A stretch of DNA of 64,000 nt from an uncultured Sphingobium sp. (lineage in GTDB: Bacteria > Pseudomonadota > Alphaproteobacteria > Sphingomonadales > Sphingomonadaceae). Shown piece after piece: positions 38,626-47,988 of the stretch. Both the position numbers and the translations under genes were made by a program. Where the stretch lies: NCBI GenBank assembly GCA_964529225.1, contig CAZGVX010000001.1:74020-138019 (forward strand). The letters run 5' to 3'. The notes beneath the pieces are model-generated. The model ran no database searches. It was not told the DNA's origin and saw only the letters and a program-made list of their open reading frames with translations. How positions within the stretch are numbered: position 1 is the first letter of the stretch; every line of letters starts with the position of its first letter.

Positions 38626-39674
38626 GGCTTGCTCCAATGCGCATAGACAGGGTCGTTCCGGCCGAAGCAGCCGCGCGTCGTCAGGCTGGCGTAAAAGCCA
38701 TCGCTCTGGAAGGTGGACGGCTGGGTGGAGGTCCAGTCGCACACGAAGACACGGCTCGCGATCCGCCACGTCCCCACGCGCCTCTCGTAGCGGTCGATGT
38801 AACGGCCGCCCGTCAACGTCTCCTGCCCGGCGCCCCGCGTGTGGGCCAGCACATAGACCTCGCCCACGCCATGATCGCCGGACAGTTCGATCCATTCATT
38901 CGCAACAGAATGGAAGCAGGCGTCCAGATTGGTGGAGACATAGGCGGCAATACCCTGCGCGAAGGCGGGGGCCGGGCCATTGATGACGCCCGAAATAACC
39001 GTCGCGTCTTCCCAGAACAGGGAGGCGAGGAGTTCGGCATCGGCGCGGTCGACCCCCCGGCAGTAGCCGCTGAGCAGGGTGCGGATGGCATCGCGCGAAA
39101 GGGCGGCGTCGAGCACTTCGGCTTCCGGTGGCATGATCTCGGCCCTTTTCAGGTGGCGGGTGGCAGCATGATGCAGGGTCAGCAGGGCGCGTCCCGCATC
39201 GCTGGCACCCTTGGCGCCGGAGGGAACAAAATGCGCTGACTGGACCGGAGGGTCGGCACGAATAGCATCGCCGCGCCGGTTGATGTTGGCGTCCAGCACA
39301 TATTGGCGATGGGCAATGCGCCATGCACCGTCCTTTCGGACGAAGCGGTCGAGGTAGCGACCAAAGACGAGGCGCTGGAGGCCTGGCTCCTCGACATAGG
39401 CGACAACATAGGATTCGGCGACAGCGGTGCCGTTGCGGCACCGCACCCAGCCGACCGATGTGCGGTGATGCGTCGGGGGTGCGGTCTTCTGGGCGCTGGC
39501 GAGCATCTGCACCAGTTCGGTCGCCGGGCCCGAAAAGAAGCCATAATCGACCGACGCATCGGCATGGTAGGCGGCGGCGAGCAGATTGGCGTCGCCCCGG
39601 TCGACGCCGCGACTATGGATTGCGAGCACATCGGCAATCTCGCTCCGGGCGATGAAATGCGCTGTGCTACCCAT
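38622..39674 (-). CDS. Tandem double SnoaL/NTF2-domain protein
   Basis: Two repeats: HSRGVDRGDA...GRYLDRF and YCRGVDRADA...GRYIDRY in one ORF. Confidence 0.8.
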   Translation of the reverse strand: MGSTAHFIARSEIADVLAIHSRGVDRGDANLLAAAYHADASVDYGFFSGPATELVQMLASAQKTAPPTHHRTSVGWVRCRNGTAVAESYVVAYVEEPGLQRLVFGRYLDRFVRKDGAWRIAHRQYVLDANINRRGDAIRADPPVQSAHFVPSGAKGASDAGRALLTLHHAATRHLKRAEIMPPEAEVLDAALSRDAIRTLLSGYCRGVDRADAELLASLFWEDATVISGVINGPAPAFAQGIAAYVSTNLDACFHSVANEWIELSGDHGVGEVYVLAHTRGAGQETLTGGRYIDRYERRVGTWRIASRVFVCDWTSTQPSTFQSDGFYASLTTRGCFGRNDPVYAHWSKP

Positions 39675-39686
39675 GGCTCCTCTCCG

Positions 39687-39726
39687 CGGCAGCGCCGTCG
39701 CCCCGATGTGGAGCGAGGCGCCACCG
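39687..39726 (-). other. Imperfect stem-loop between TBDR1 and next gene
   Basis: gcgccgtcgcccc / ggagcgaggcgc arms; no U-tract. Confidence 0.3.
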
Positions 39727-39733
39727 TCTCTGA

Positions 39734-42043
39734 TTAAAAATTATACTGAACGGACACGCCGGTCTGCCTCGGCGGTGCGTAGCCGACGAGGCCCATATAG
39801 CCTGGCGAATCGTAAACCGTTGAAATATAGCGTTGGTCAAACAGGTTCTTGGCCCAAAGCCCGATCGAATAGCGGTTGTCCGGGCCGTAATAGGTAAGCG
39901 TCATGTCGATGAGATAGGTGGGCTGGACCTGAGACCGGGGCGTATCCAGAATGGCAGTGTAAAACTTGCTGTCGGTATACATCCACGCGGCATCGGTGAC
40001 GAGCTTGCCGCCGGTCGCGAGCGGAATGCTGAGGTTGAAGCCAGCCGTCGCCTGCCATTCCGGCGCGTTCTGCAACCTGTAGCCAGCCAGCTCGATGGTG
40101 GTCGCGGAGACCGGGTCGAAATAGGGGAACGCCTTGTATTTGGCATCGAGATACGCGACCGAGCCGCGCAGCGTCAGCCCTTCGGCAGGCACGAACTGCG
40201 TCTCGAACTCGGCGCCCTTGATGGTCGATCGCGCCGCGTTGAGGATGCGGTTGCCCTGCACGTTGGTCGTCGAGTCAAAGTAGATCAGTGCGACCTGCAT
40301 GTCCCGATAGTTGGTGTGGAACAGGGCCAGATTGGTGCGCAGGTGCCGATCGAACCAGTCGGCCTTCACGCCAACTTCGATCGTGTCCACCTTCTCGGGG
40401 TTGAACGGCGTGTCGCCATCCTGCGCAACGCCGATACGGCCGGTATAGCCGCCGGACTTGAACCCTCGCGCCCAGCTTGCGTAGATCAGCCGATTGGGTC
40501 CGAACGTGTAGTCCGCCCCGATTTTCCAGCCGACATTGTCCCAGCTCGTGCGTCCGCCGACGTCCAGATCGTGCGGGCCGGTGCGCAGGTCGCGAGGGTT
40601 GCCGTTGAGGTCTGCCTGCACCACCGCCCAGTTGGCGTTGGTCAGTGCGGGCGCGTTGAAGCCTGTGTCGAGGGTGGAGCGCGCGTCGATACGGTCATGC
40701 GTGAAGCGGATGCCGCCCGACAGTTTCAGCGCATCGGTCACCCGGACATAGGTCTGAAGGAACGCCGACGCGGACTCCGTCTCCTGATCCTGCATGTTGA
40801 ACTGGTCAAGGCCGGGCAGAGCGAAGTCCAGATGATACATCTGATAGTGATCGAAATTGGTCTTCATGTAGAAGACGCCAGCGACGCCGGAGATGGTGTC
40901 GCCCAGCTCGAAGCTCGAACGCAGTTCCTGACTGAACTGCCAGCCGTGCGTTTCGCGACGAGTGGCATTGTTGGTCTTGGCCGTGCCATCCTGATCGGTG
41001 TATTCGAACAGGTGAAAATGCTTGTAGCCGGTGATCGACGTGATGTCGCCGAGCGCGGTATTCCTGAGCTCGACGGTGCCGGTAAAGAACCGGGTCACCA
41101 TGTTGGATATGTCGGGCACTTCATTGTTGCCAGAGAGATAATCTTCCGGCGCCGCACAGCGTTTGCCCGCGGTGGCGCAGGGGCTGACATACATGGGCAG
41201 TCGGGCACCGTTGTAGAAGGTTCCTGCCGGAACATAGTTGGCCTCGCCGGGCAGCCCGCCGTTGACGACGATCGGGGCGCCGTTGCGCGCATCCACAAAC
41301 TCCGCCTGAAGTGTTACCTTGAGGTCGGCTGCGGGCGTCAGCAAGAGTTGCACGCGCCCTGCGTTGATATTCTTGCGGCCCATGTCCTGACCGTTGAAGG
41401 TGTTCGTCACCCAGCCGTCGCGCTGGGTATGGATGCCGGCTACACGAAATGACGCGAGCCCCTCCTTCAGCGGAACCTCGATCGCGCCGGTGATGTCTGC
41501 ACGGTGCCACTCACCAAGCGTGCCCTTGATATATCCGCCGAATTCGCCGGTCGGCTGTCTGTTGACGACGTTGACGACGCCGCCGGTCGTGTTTGCACCG
41601 AACAGCGTGCCCTGAGGACCGCGCAGGATTTCAACGCGGTCGATGTCATAGGTGTCGAGGAGCGCGCCCATCGAAAAGAATTGCGGCACGCCGTCGACGA
41701 CGATGGAAACGGTGTTGCCAGCATAGGGGTCCGGCTCGATCACGCCGATGCCGCGAATCGTGAACACCGCATTGTTCGGTGTGTTGGCAAAATTGTCGAT
41801 CTGCACATTTGGCACGCTGCCCTGGAGCGATTGCAGCGATGTAGCCTGGAGCGCGCCGATCTGGTCGCCGCCGATCGCGGTGACGGAAATGGGCACCGAC
41901 TGGACGTTCTCCGAACGCTTCTGCGCGGTCACGATCACGTCGGCGATGCCACCATCCGGCATCGCCTCCTGCGCTTGGACCTGACCGCACAAGGCGATCG
42001 TCAGCGCGAGCAACGCGCAGCTATCCCGAAATCCAAAGATCAT
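39734..42043 (-). CDS. TonB-dependent receptor 1
   Basis: Signal peptide, VIVTAQKR, EILRGPQGTLFG plug, C-terminal F. Confidence 0.95.
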   Translation of the reverse strand: MIFGFRDSCALLALTIALCGQVQAQEAMPDGGIADVIVTAQKRSENVQSVPISVTAIGGDQIGALQATSLQSLQGSVPNVQIDNFANTPNNAVFTIRGIGVIEPDPYAGNTVSIVVDGVPQFFSMGALLDTYDIDRVEILRGPQGTLFGANTTGGVVNVVNRQPTGEFGGYIKGTLGEWHRADITGAIEVPLKEGLASFRVAGIHTQRDGWVTNTFNGQDMGRKNINAGRVQLLLTPAADLKVTLQAEFVDARNGAPIVVNGGLPGEANYVPAGTFYNGARLPMYVSPCATAGKRCAAPEDYLSGNNEVPDISNMVTRFFTGTVELRNTALGDITSITGYKHFHLFEYTDQDGTAKTNNATRRETHGWQFSQELRSSFELGDTISGVAGVFYMKTNFDHYQMYHLDFALPGLDQFNMQDQETESASAFLQTYVRVTDALKLSGGIRFTHDRIDARSTLDTGFNAPALTNANWAVVQADLNGNPRDLRTGPHDLDVGGRTSWDNVGWKIGADYTFGPNRLIYASWARGFKSGGYTGRIGVAQDGDTPFNPEKVDTIEVGVKADWFDRHLRTNLALFHTNYRDMQVALIYFDSTTNVQGNRILNAARSTIKGAEFETQFVPAEGLTLRGSVAYLDAKYKAFPYFDPVSATTIELAGYRLQNAPEWQATAGFNLSIPLATGGKLVTDAAWMYTDSKFYTAILDTPRSQVQPTYLIDMTLTYYGPDNRYSIGLWAKNLFDQRYISTVYDSPGYMGLVGYAPPRQTGVSVQYNF

Positions 42044-42101
42044 GCCTTGTCCCCTCTCCCACGAGCGCGCCAGATGCGCCCGTCACAGTGCTGCCACGCT
42101 C

Positions 42102-42176
42102 TTGTCAGATAGACCGGCGCCGCTGCCGGTTTTATCGCTGCGGTGGCAGTTGCCGGGTAGCTCCTCTTTTGGCTAG
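42102..42176. promoter_or_regulatory. Two lux-box-like sites in TBDR1/tetR divergent region
   Basis: 42102-42117 minus CCGGTCTATCTGACAA (12 bp identical to 14892-14903); 42161-42176 plus CTCCTCTTTTGGCTAG. Confidence 0.45.
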
Positions 42177-42209
42177 GCTCGGGCTGTCGCCAACCTCTGT
42201 GAAGACTAT

Positions 42210-42890
42210 GTGCATTCGATGACGATTGAATCCATGAGGGGGCGGGCGCTTTCGGCCTTGCGCGCCGACCATGATGCCGAAGCGCCGGAGCGGTGGCAGC
42301 AGCGCAAAAGCGCTCAGACCCGGCTGCGCCTGATCGAGACGGCAATCGACCAGCTTGTCGAGCAGGGCTATGCGAAACTCTCTGCGGCAGCGATCGCCGA
42401 GCGGTGCGGCGTTTCGCGCGGCGCGATGCACCATCATTTCGCCACCCGCATGGACCTCGTGGCCGCGGCGATAGAACATATTTTTTATCAGCGTATGCGC
42501 CGCTATCTCGATGACTATGCCGATGCGCTCCAGCAGCCGGGCGAGAAGCATGTGGTGGAGATCGCCAGCGAGCTGCATTGGCAGTCGGTGCACAGCCGTG
42601 AGTATGCAGCCTATGTCGAACTCGCCATGGCCGCGCGGACCGACGCGGAACTGGCCGCGCAGTTCCTGCCGCAGGCGCGGCGCTACGACGATGTCTGGTT
42701 CGCCGAGATGACGCGCGCCTTCCCGGAGTGGCAGGCGCGCTGGGACGGGTTTCGGCTCGCGAACGATCTCACCATCGCGACGCACATGGGCATGCTCATC
42801 ATCGAGCCGACCCTGGGTGACAAGGCCCGGCTCGACCGCCTGCGCGAGATTGTGATACGAACGGTCGAATCCCTGCTTCAGAACGACTAA
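42210..42890 (+). CDS. TetR/AcrR family regulator
   Basis: LIETAI..L.EQGY...IAERCGVSRGAMHHHF; start 42210 or 42219. Confidence 0.92.
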   Translation: MHSMTIESMRGRALSALRADHDAEAPERWQQRKSAQTRLRLIETAIDQLVEQGYAKLSAAAIAERCGVSRGAMHHHFATRMDLVAAAIEHIFYQRMRRYLDDYADALQQPGEKHVVEIASELHWQSVHSREYAAYVELAMAARTDAELAAQFLPQARRYDDVWFAEMTRAFPEWQARWDGFRLANDLTIATHMGMLIIEPTLGDKARLDRLREIVIRTVESLLQND

Positions 42891-42913
42891 AAGAGGTGAG
42901 GGTGCCTGTTTTT

Positions 42914-42959
42914 CTGGCCTTTGTGCCAGTTTGATTTTGCCGGGCGGAACCTGAAGACT
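42914..42959 (+). promoter_or_regulatory. lux-box-like CTGGCCTTTGTGCCAG followed by TTGATT-N17-AAGACT promoter
   Basis: Box 42914-42929; -35 42931-42936; -10 42954-42959. Confidence 0.55.
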
Positions 42960-42987
42960 GTGCTCGTCAAACGATCAGGAGAGGATC

Positions 42988-44328
42988 ATGACGGAGCATG
43001 TTCCGCCGCCGCCCATGAGCGGCCGCGACTTCGCGAATTTGCGCGGCGACGCCATCACAGGTGAACGTTACTATTCGCCAGCGTTCGCGCAGCGCGAGTG
43101 GGATGGACTGTGGACGCGGATATGGCACGTTGCCGGCCGAACAGCGGAGATACCGGATCAGGGCGATTACCTCGTTCACAATTTCATGAAGGAATCGGTG
43201 ATCTGCATCCGTCAGGCCGACGGGTCGGTTCGCGCCTTCTACAACAGCTGCCGTCACCGTGGCATGCGGATGGTGAACGAGAGTTCGTCCGCCGACAGTA
43301 TCGCCTGCCCCTATCATGGCTGGCGCTATGGCCCTGATGGCGTGCTCATCCACGCACAGGACCGCGAAGACTTTCCGCAGGGAGATCCGTGCGGAAAGCT
43401 GAGCCTCAAGGAGCTGCGTTGCGACGTCTGGGGCGGCTTTGTCTGGTACACAATGGCCGAGGACGGGCCGAGCCTTGCCGAGTTCCTCGCGCCCATGCCG
43501 GATGTCTATCGCAACTATCCGATGGATACGGCAATCCGCGTCGCCTGGTATCGCATCGCGCTCAACGCCAACTGGAAGTTCGTCACCGACAATTTCAGCG
43601 AAAGCTATCATACCCGCACAGCGCATCCGCAGGTGCCGCCATGGATCGACCAGGATGTCGATACCGCGCGTCACGAGATGTGGCCCGCCGGTCATGGCCG
43701 GACGGTGCAGCCCATGCGCCCGTCGCTGTCGGATCGCCTGCCCGACCATCTGCCGCATCCCTACAAGATGATCCTCCGGGCGTGGGACATCGACCCGGAC
43801 AGCTATGACTCCTATGAAGACATGGCGATGCAGGGCTGGCTCGATCTCAAGGCTGCCAAGCGCCGCCTGTGGAAGGAGCGCGGCTACCTCCACTATGAGC
43901 ACATGAATGACGAGGAGCTGACCGACAGTCCCCACACCGTCATCTTCCCCAACGTCACGATCAGCTTCCTGCCGGACAACCTCATCTTCTTTCGTTCGGA
44001 GCCGCACCCGGACGATCCTGAAAAATGCTTTTTCGATCTGTGGTGCATGGCCTTCCCGGTCGAGGGGCAGAAAGAGGTCGAATCGATCATGGCGGGCGTG
44101 CGGCCGCTGAAGGAAGTCGCGGCCTGCGAACATCGTGATTTCGACGGCGGTCGCGGCATACCCGAACTGGCGGGTCAGATCGTCTATCAGGATATGGAAC
44201 TGGCCGAAGGGATGCAGGCGGGGATGCATTCACGTGGTTACGCCGATGCCTATCTACCCGCGCAGGAAACGCGCGTGCGGTTTTTTCATGAAGTGCTCAA
44301 CGACTGGCTCGAAGGAAGGAAGCCCTGA
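42988..44328 (+). CDS. Rieske oxygenase alpha subunit 2
   Basis: CRHR...CPYHGW; DNFSESYH..AH; YQD. Confidence 0.92.
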   Translation: MTEHVPPPPMSGRDFANLRGDAITGERYYSPAFAQREWDGLWTRIWHVAGRTAEIPDQGDYLVHNFMKESVICIRQADGSVRAFYNSCRHRGMRMVNESSSADSIACPYHGWRYGPDGVLIHAQDREDFPQGDPCGKLSLKELRCDVWGGFVWYTMAEDGPSLAEFLAPMPDVYRNYPMDTAIRVAWYRIALNANWKFVTDNFSESYHTRTAHPQVPPWIDQDVDTARHEMWPAGHGRTVQPMRPSLSDRLPDHLPHPYKMILRAWDIDPDSYDSYEDMAMQGWLDLKAAKRRLWKERGYLHYEHMNDEELTDSPHTVIFPNVTISFLPDNLIFFRSEPHPDDPEKCFFDLWCMAFPVEGQKEVESIMAGVRPLKEVAACEHRDFDGGRGIPELAGQIVYQDMELAEGMQAGMHSRGYADAYLPAQETRVRFFHEVLNDWLEGRKP

Positions 44329-45014
44329 TGGCGACGGTAGCGATTACAGGAGCAGGGCGGGGCATCGGCCTCGAACTGGCGCGGCAGCATCTGGCGGCGG
44401 GCGACCGTGTGTTCGCGTTGGCGCGCGATCCGGCTGGCGCCGATGCGGTCAACGCGCTGTCCGCCGGTTCCGATGGGCGTCTGACGGTTCACGCCATGGA
44501 CGTTGCCGACGATGCCTCGGTGCGATCCGGCGCCGCGTCGACCGGCGATGGACCGGTCGACATTCTCTATAATGTTGCGGGCGTCACCGGCCCGGTCGCC
44601 AACGAGCTTGAGGGCGCGGACTGGGAGGGCTGGGCCGACGCCTTCAATATAATGGTGATGGGGCCGCTGCGTGTGCTTCAGGCATTTCTGCCCCGGCTCG
44701 GCGCCGGGTCGAAGGTCATCAATTTCTCCAGCCAGCTCGCCGCCTCCACCTGGCCCTATGGCGGCTATTACGCCTATGGCGCGGCCAAGGCGGGGCTCAA
44801 CCGGATGATGCGGTCGGTCGCGATCGACCTCAGGGAGCGCGGTATCGTCGTCGGGCTGGTCCACCCCGGCTGGGTGCAGACCGACATGGGCGGCGCTGGT
44901 GCCGACATCACGCCGGAAGACAGTGCAAGCAGCATAAGAAAGCTCGCAGCCGAATGGACACTCGAACGGTCCGGCGACTTCTACAAGTGGAATGGCGAGC
45001 CGCACCCCTGGTAA
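44328..45014 (+). CDS. SDR (CsgA/C-factor-like)
   Basis: TGAGRGIG, YGAAK, HPGWVQTDMGG. Confidence 0.88.
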   Translation: MATVAITGAGRGIGLELARQHLAAGDRVFALARDPAGADAVNALSAGSDGRLTVHAMDVADDASVRSGAASTGDGPVDILYNVAGVTGPVANELEGADWEGWADAFNIMVMGPLRVLQAFLPRLGAGSKVINFSSQLAASTWPYGGYYAYGAAKAGLNRMMRSVAIDLRERGIVVGLVHPGWVQTDMGGAGADITPEDSASSIRKLAAEWTLERSGDFYKWNGEPHPW

Positions 45015-45030
45015 GAAAGGCCGATTGATC

Positions 45031-45474
45031 ATGGCATTTACGGGACCCATCGAGGATCGCGTCGCGATCCGGGAGCTCATGGACACGCACGCGCACGGCG
45101 TCATGATGCGCGATGCGGACATTTGGGGCGCGATCTGGGCGGAGGATGCCTATTGGGCGCTGCCGGAATATCCCGACCTCGGCGGTTACGACGGCAAAGC
45201 GGCGATCGTGGCCGCATGGACCCAATCAATGCAGCATTACGGCCTCGACAATATGACGAGGCCGATGATTTACTTCATGCAGCCGGGCGCCATCGAGGTA
45301 ACGGGGGACTCAGCCAGCGCGGTTGCCTATACCATCGAGATTTACGACGATCCCGCATCCGGCAAGCGCGTCTACAACAATGGCCGCTATGACGATGAAC
45401 TGCGCCGGATCGACGGGCGCTGGCTGTTCACCCGGCGCGAATATCGCATCGTCCACGCCCGCTTCGAGGGATAG
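45031..45474 (+). CDS. SnoaL-like/NTF2 family protein
   Basis: EDRVAIREL...WAEDA, GRYDD...GRWLF. Confidence 0.85.
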   Translation: MAFTGPIEDRVAIRELMDTHAHGVMMRDADIWGAIWAEDAYWALPEYPDLGGYDGKAAIVAAWTQSMQHYGLDNMTRPMIYFMQPGAIEVTGDSASAVAYTIEIYDDPASGKRVYNNGRYDDELRRIDGRWLFTRREYRIVHARFEG

Positions 45475-45504
45475 AGCGGTTTCCGGATTGCTCGGAAACC
45501 GCTC
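45474..45504. terminator. Hairpin between convergent genes
   Basis: Perfect 12-bp stem GAGCGGTTTCCG / CGGAAACCGCTC, 7-nt loop. Confidence 0.65.
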
Positions 45505-45510
45505 CAAGCG

Positions 45511-45870
45511 TCAGACGGGCGGCGGCAACGATGAGGCGTGGGCCTCAACGGTGAAGGTGCGGTTGCGCGCGCGGTCGAAAAGCTGCTCCTCGTCGGCGAC
45601 GATCCGGGCCATGGTGGTCGGCTCGGCAATGGCGGCGAAGCAGGCGTCCATCCGCGCCTGATCGGGGAAGTCGATCTCCATCACCACGTCATAGTCGATG
45701 TCGCGGTCGAAGCCGTCGGTGGGATGGAGGAAGCGCCGGATGTAGCGCGTCGCGTAACCGCCAAGGACCTCCTCGCCGATCCGGCGATGATGCGTTTCGT
45801 AATAGCTTATGAAGTCGGCCTTGCTCATGCCGGACCGTCGCTTGAGCAGTGTGACGAGCGTGATGGTCAT
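45511..45870 (-). CDS. EthD-domain protein
   Basis: LLKRRSGMSKADFISYYETHH, DYDVVMEIDF, DEEQLFDR. Confidence 0.82.
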   Translation of the reverse strand: MTITLVTLLKRRSGMSKADFISYYETHHRRIGEEVLGGYATRYIRRFLHPTDGFDRDIDYDVVMEIDFPDQARMDACFAAIAEPTTMARIVADEEQLFDRARNRTFTVEAHASSLPPPV

Positions 45871-46658
45871 GCCAGCGTCTCCATCCAGCGCCGTGTCGCC
45901 TCGGCGGTCACGCGGGCACGTTCGCAGGGATCGGGATAGCCTTCGCGCAGCGCCTTCGAGCGCAGCTCTATGCTGAGCGGAATGCCCGCAGGCAGGGCGC
46001 GATAGAGGGAGGCGAGCGGCAGGGCGCCCGCGCCGCACTGCTCGCGAAGGTCGACGGCGTCGATGATGACGGCGCCGAAGTCGCTCGGGTCGGGGCGTTC
46101 GGCGGGTGCGTCGCAGAACTGCGCATAGGGCAGGAGCGTGGGGTCGACGTCTGCGATCGCGTGGATGCTGCTGCCCGAGCGGTCGACATGGATGGGGTCG
46201 ACGAGCAGGGCGCGCAGCGGATGGCCAACCGCATCGAGGATCGCGAGCGCGGCGTCGAGATCCTTGACCTCGGTGAAGACGCCGAATTCCAGCGCGATCC
46301 TCATGCCGCAGCCTTCCGCATGGCGGCACAGCGCCGACAGTTCGGCGATGGTGGTGGCCGCGTCGATGTGGGAGGAGACGCACAGGGCATTGGCCGCGCC
46401 GAGCTGGGCGCCGATGTCGATCATGCGCCGATGATCGTCGAGCGCATTGTCCGGGCGTAGCCAGGCGACCTCGACATCCAGAACCGGGAGGCCGGTGTCC
46501 GCGAGCGCGGCGCGCACCTCCCGCAGCATCGGCGCTGACCAGCTGCCAGGCTCGATCCACAGGCCGACAGCGTCGAACCCGCCCGCCGCTGCGGCGCGAA
46601 CCGTCTCGACCGGGCCAAATTCGGGCACGACGCCGGATGCGAGCGATAGTGCGTTCAT
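45867..46658 (-). CDS. Sugar-phosphate isomerase/epimerase-like TIM barrel
   Basis: AGFDAVGL, IALEF, LVDPIHVDR, QFCDA, G.GALPL, SIE. Confidence 0.8.
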   Translation of the reverse strand: MNALSLASGVVPEFGPVETVRAAAAGGFDAVGLWIEPGSWSAPMLREVRAALADTGLPVLDVEVAWLRPDNALDDHRRMIDIGAQLGAANALCVSSHIDAATTIAELSALCRHAEGCGMRIALEFGVFTEVKDLDAALAILDAVGHPLRALLVDPIHVDRSGSSIHAIADVDPTLLPYAQFCDAPAERPDPSDFGAVIIDAVDLREQCGAGALPLASLYRALPAGIPLSIELRSKALREGYPDPCERARVTAEATRRWMETLA

Positions 46659-46668
46659 TGCCCAGCCC

Positions 46669-47847
46669 TCAGAGGAACGGCTTGGGCGCCGAGGGGTCGT
46701 CCTCCAGATACCAGTTCAGCCACTCGTGAAAATACTGGTTGCCGCGCTCGTTGCGGCCGAAAGTCACCTCGTCATGGGCGCCGCTTTCAAGGCCCTTCTG
46801 CACTTCGAGGCCGATGAGATAGTCCTCCTCATAGGTCACGTCGCGGAAGAATGTGATCATCGCCTCCACCTTGGCCTTGTCCTCCTCGTCGCGGATCGGT
46901 TCGCGGCGGAGGTAGTTCAGGACGGTGCGGTTGGTCCCCGGCGTTGGCCCGGGAAACAGTTGGGCGATCTGGGTGATTTCGGGCGCGATGAACGTCGACA
47001 CGTTGGGGAAGAAGATGCGGACGAAATCATAGCCGTTATTTTCCTGCGCGCCCCATTCGCCGCGCGGCAGCGGGCGAAGCGCCTCGGCGATCCGGCGCTG
47101 GGGGAAGCCGATGCGGAAATTTGGGCCGAACCCTTCGAAGTGCATCCGGTTGGACGGTGTGCGCGGTGCGATCGTCTCGGGATGGAGCGAGGCGAAATGA
47201 TAGCCCTCCAGATAGCCGTCAAACGCGATCTTCCAGTTCGCGCCTTCGATCACGCGCGCGCCGAGATAGCTCCAGTTGGCGAAGTCGAGCGCCTCGAAAT
47301 CCTCCAGAAAGCCCTGGAAATAATCGTCCAGATCCATCGGCGCATTGGGGGTCAGGCAGACGAAGATCATGCCCGCCCGCTCCTCGCACGGCAGTTGCGC
47401 GAGGCCGTAACCGGCCTTGTCGACCTCGCCGAAACTGCTCGCTTCGGCGATGCCGATCAGCTTGCCGTCCGCGCCATAGGTCCAGCCATGATATTTGCAG
47501 GTAAACCGGGGACAGTTCCCATGGCCTTCGCTCGCAACCGGTGCGGCGCGGTGGGAGCACACGTTGAGGAAGGCGCGCACCTTGCCCGCCTTGTCGCGGG
47601 TGATGAGCACCGGCAGCCCGACTGCGTCCATCGCCTTGTAGTCGCCCGGATTTGGCATTTCGGCGGTGAAGGCGAGCATCAGTGGCACGCGCTTGAACAC
47701 AAGCTCTATCTCGGCGCGCCACTGGTCCTTGTCGGTGTAGCTTTCGGTGGGAACGGTCATCGTCCCCTTGCCGGCGAACGTGCGATTATTCTCGACATAG
47801 TCGAGCATCACCTCGGCTGCATTGCCAATCTGTTCAACCCGGTCCAC
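46669..47847 (-). CDS. Rieske oxygenase alpha subunit 3
   Basis: CSHR...CKYHGW; DGYLEGYH..LH; GTG 47847 after AGAGGAGAG (ORF track start 47871). Confidence 0.92.
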   Translation of the reverse strand: MDRVEQIGNAAEVMLDYVENNRTFAGKGTMTVPTESYTDKDQWRAEIELVFKRVPLMLAFTAEMPNPGDYKAMDAVGLPVLITRDKAGKVRAFLNVCSHRAAPVASEGHGNCPRFTCKYHGWTYGADGKLIGIAEASSFGEVDKAGYGLAQLPCEERAGMIFVCLTPNAPMDLDDYFQGFLEDFEALDFANWSYLGARVIEGANWKIAFDGYLEGYHFASLHPETIAPRTPSNRMHFEGFGPNFRIGFPQRRIAEALRPLPRGEWGAQENNGYDFVRIFFPNVSTFIAPEITQIAQLFPGPTPGTNRTVLNYLRREPIRDEEDKAKVEAMITFFRDVTYEEDYLIGLEVQKGLESGAHDEVTFGRNERGNQYFHEWLNWYLEDDPSAPKPFL

Positions 47848-47904
47848 GGCACTCTCCTCTGAACTTTGCATCGCATCTGGTCACAAGGGCTTGCGGGCGG
47901 CAAG

Positions 47905-47941
47905 CTGCCACAGAGGATAGGTGGCCTCGCATTTTGGCCAA
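47905..47941. promoter_or_regulatory. Head-to-head lux-box-like pair in Rieske3/CoA-ligase divergent region
   Basis: 47905-47920 minus CTATCCTCTGTGGCAG; 47926-47941 plus CTCGCATTTTGGCCAA; overlaps palindrome GGCCAATTGGCC 47936-47947. Confidence 0.5.
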
Positions 47942-47988
47942 TTGGCCTGGGCGGGCGCGCGGACCAGAACGGCGGAATGGAGAGGTCT

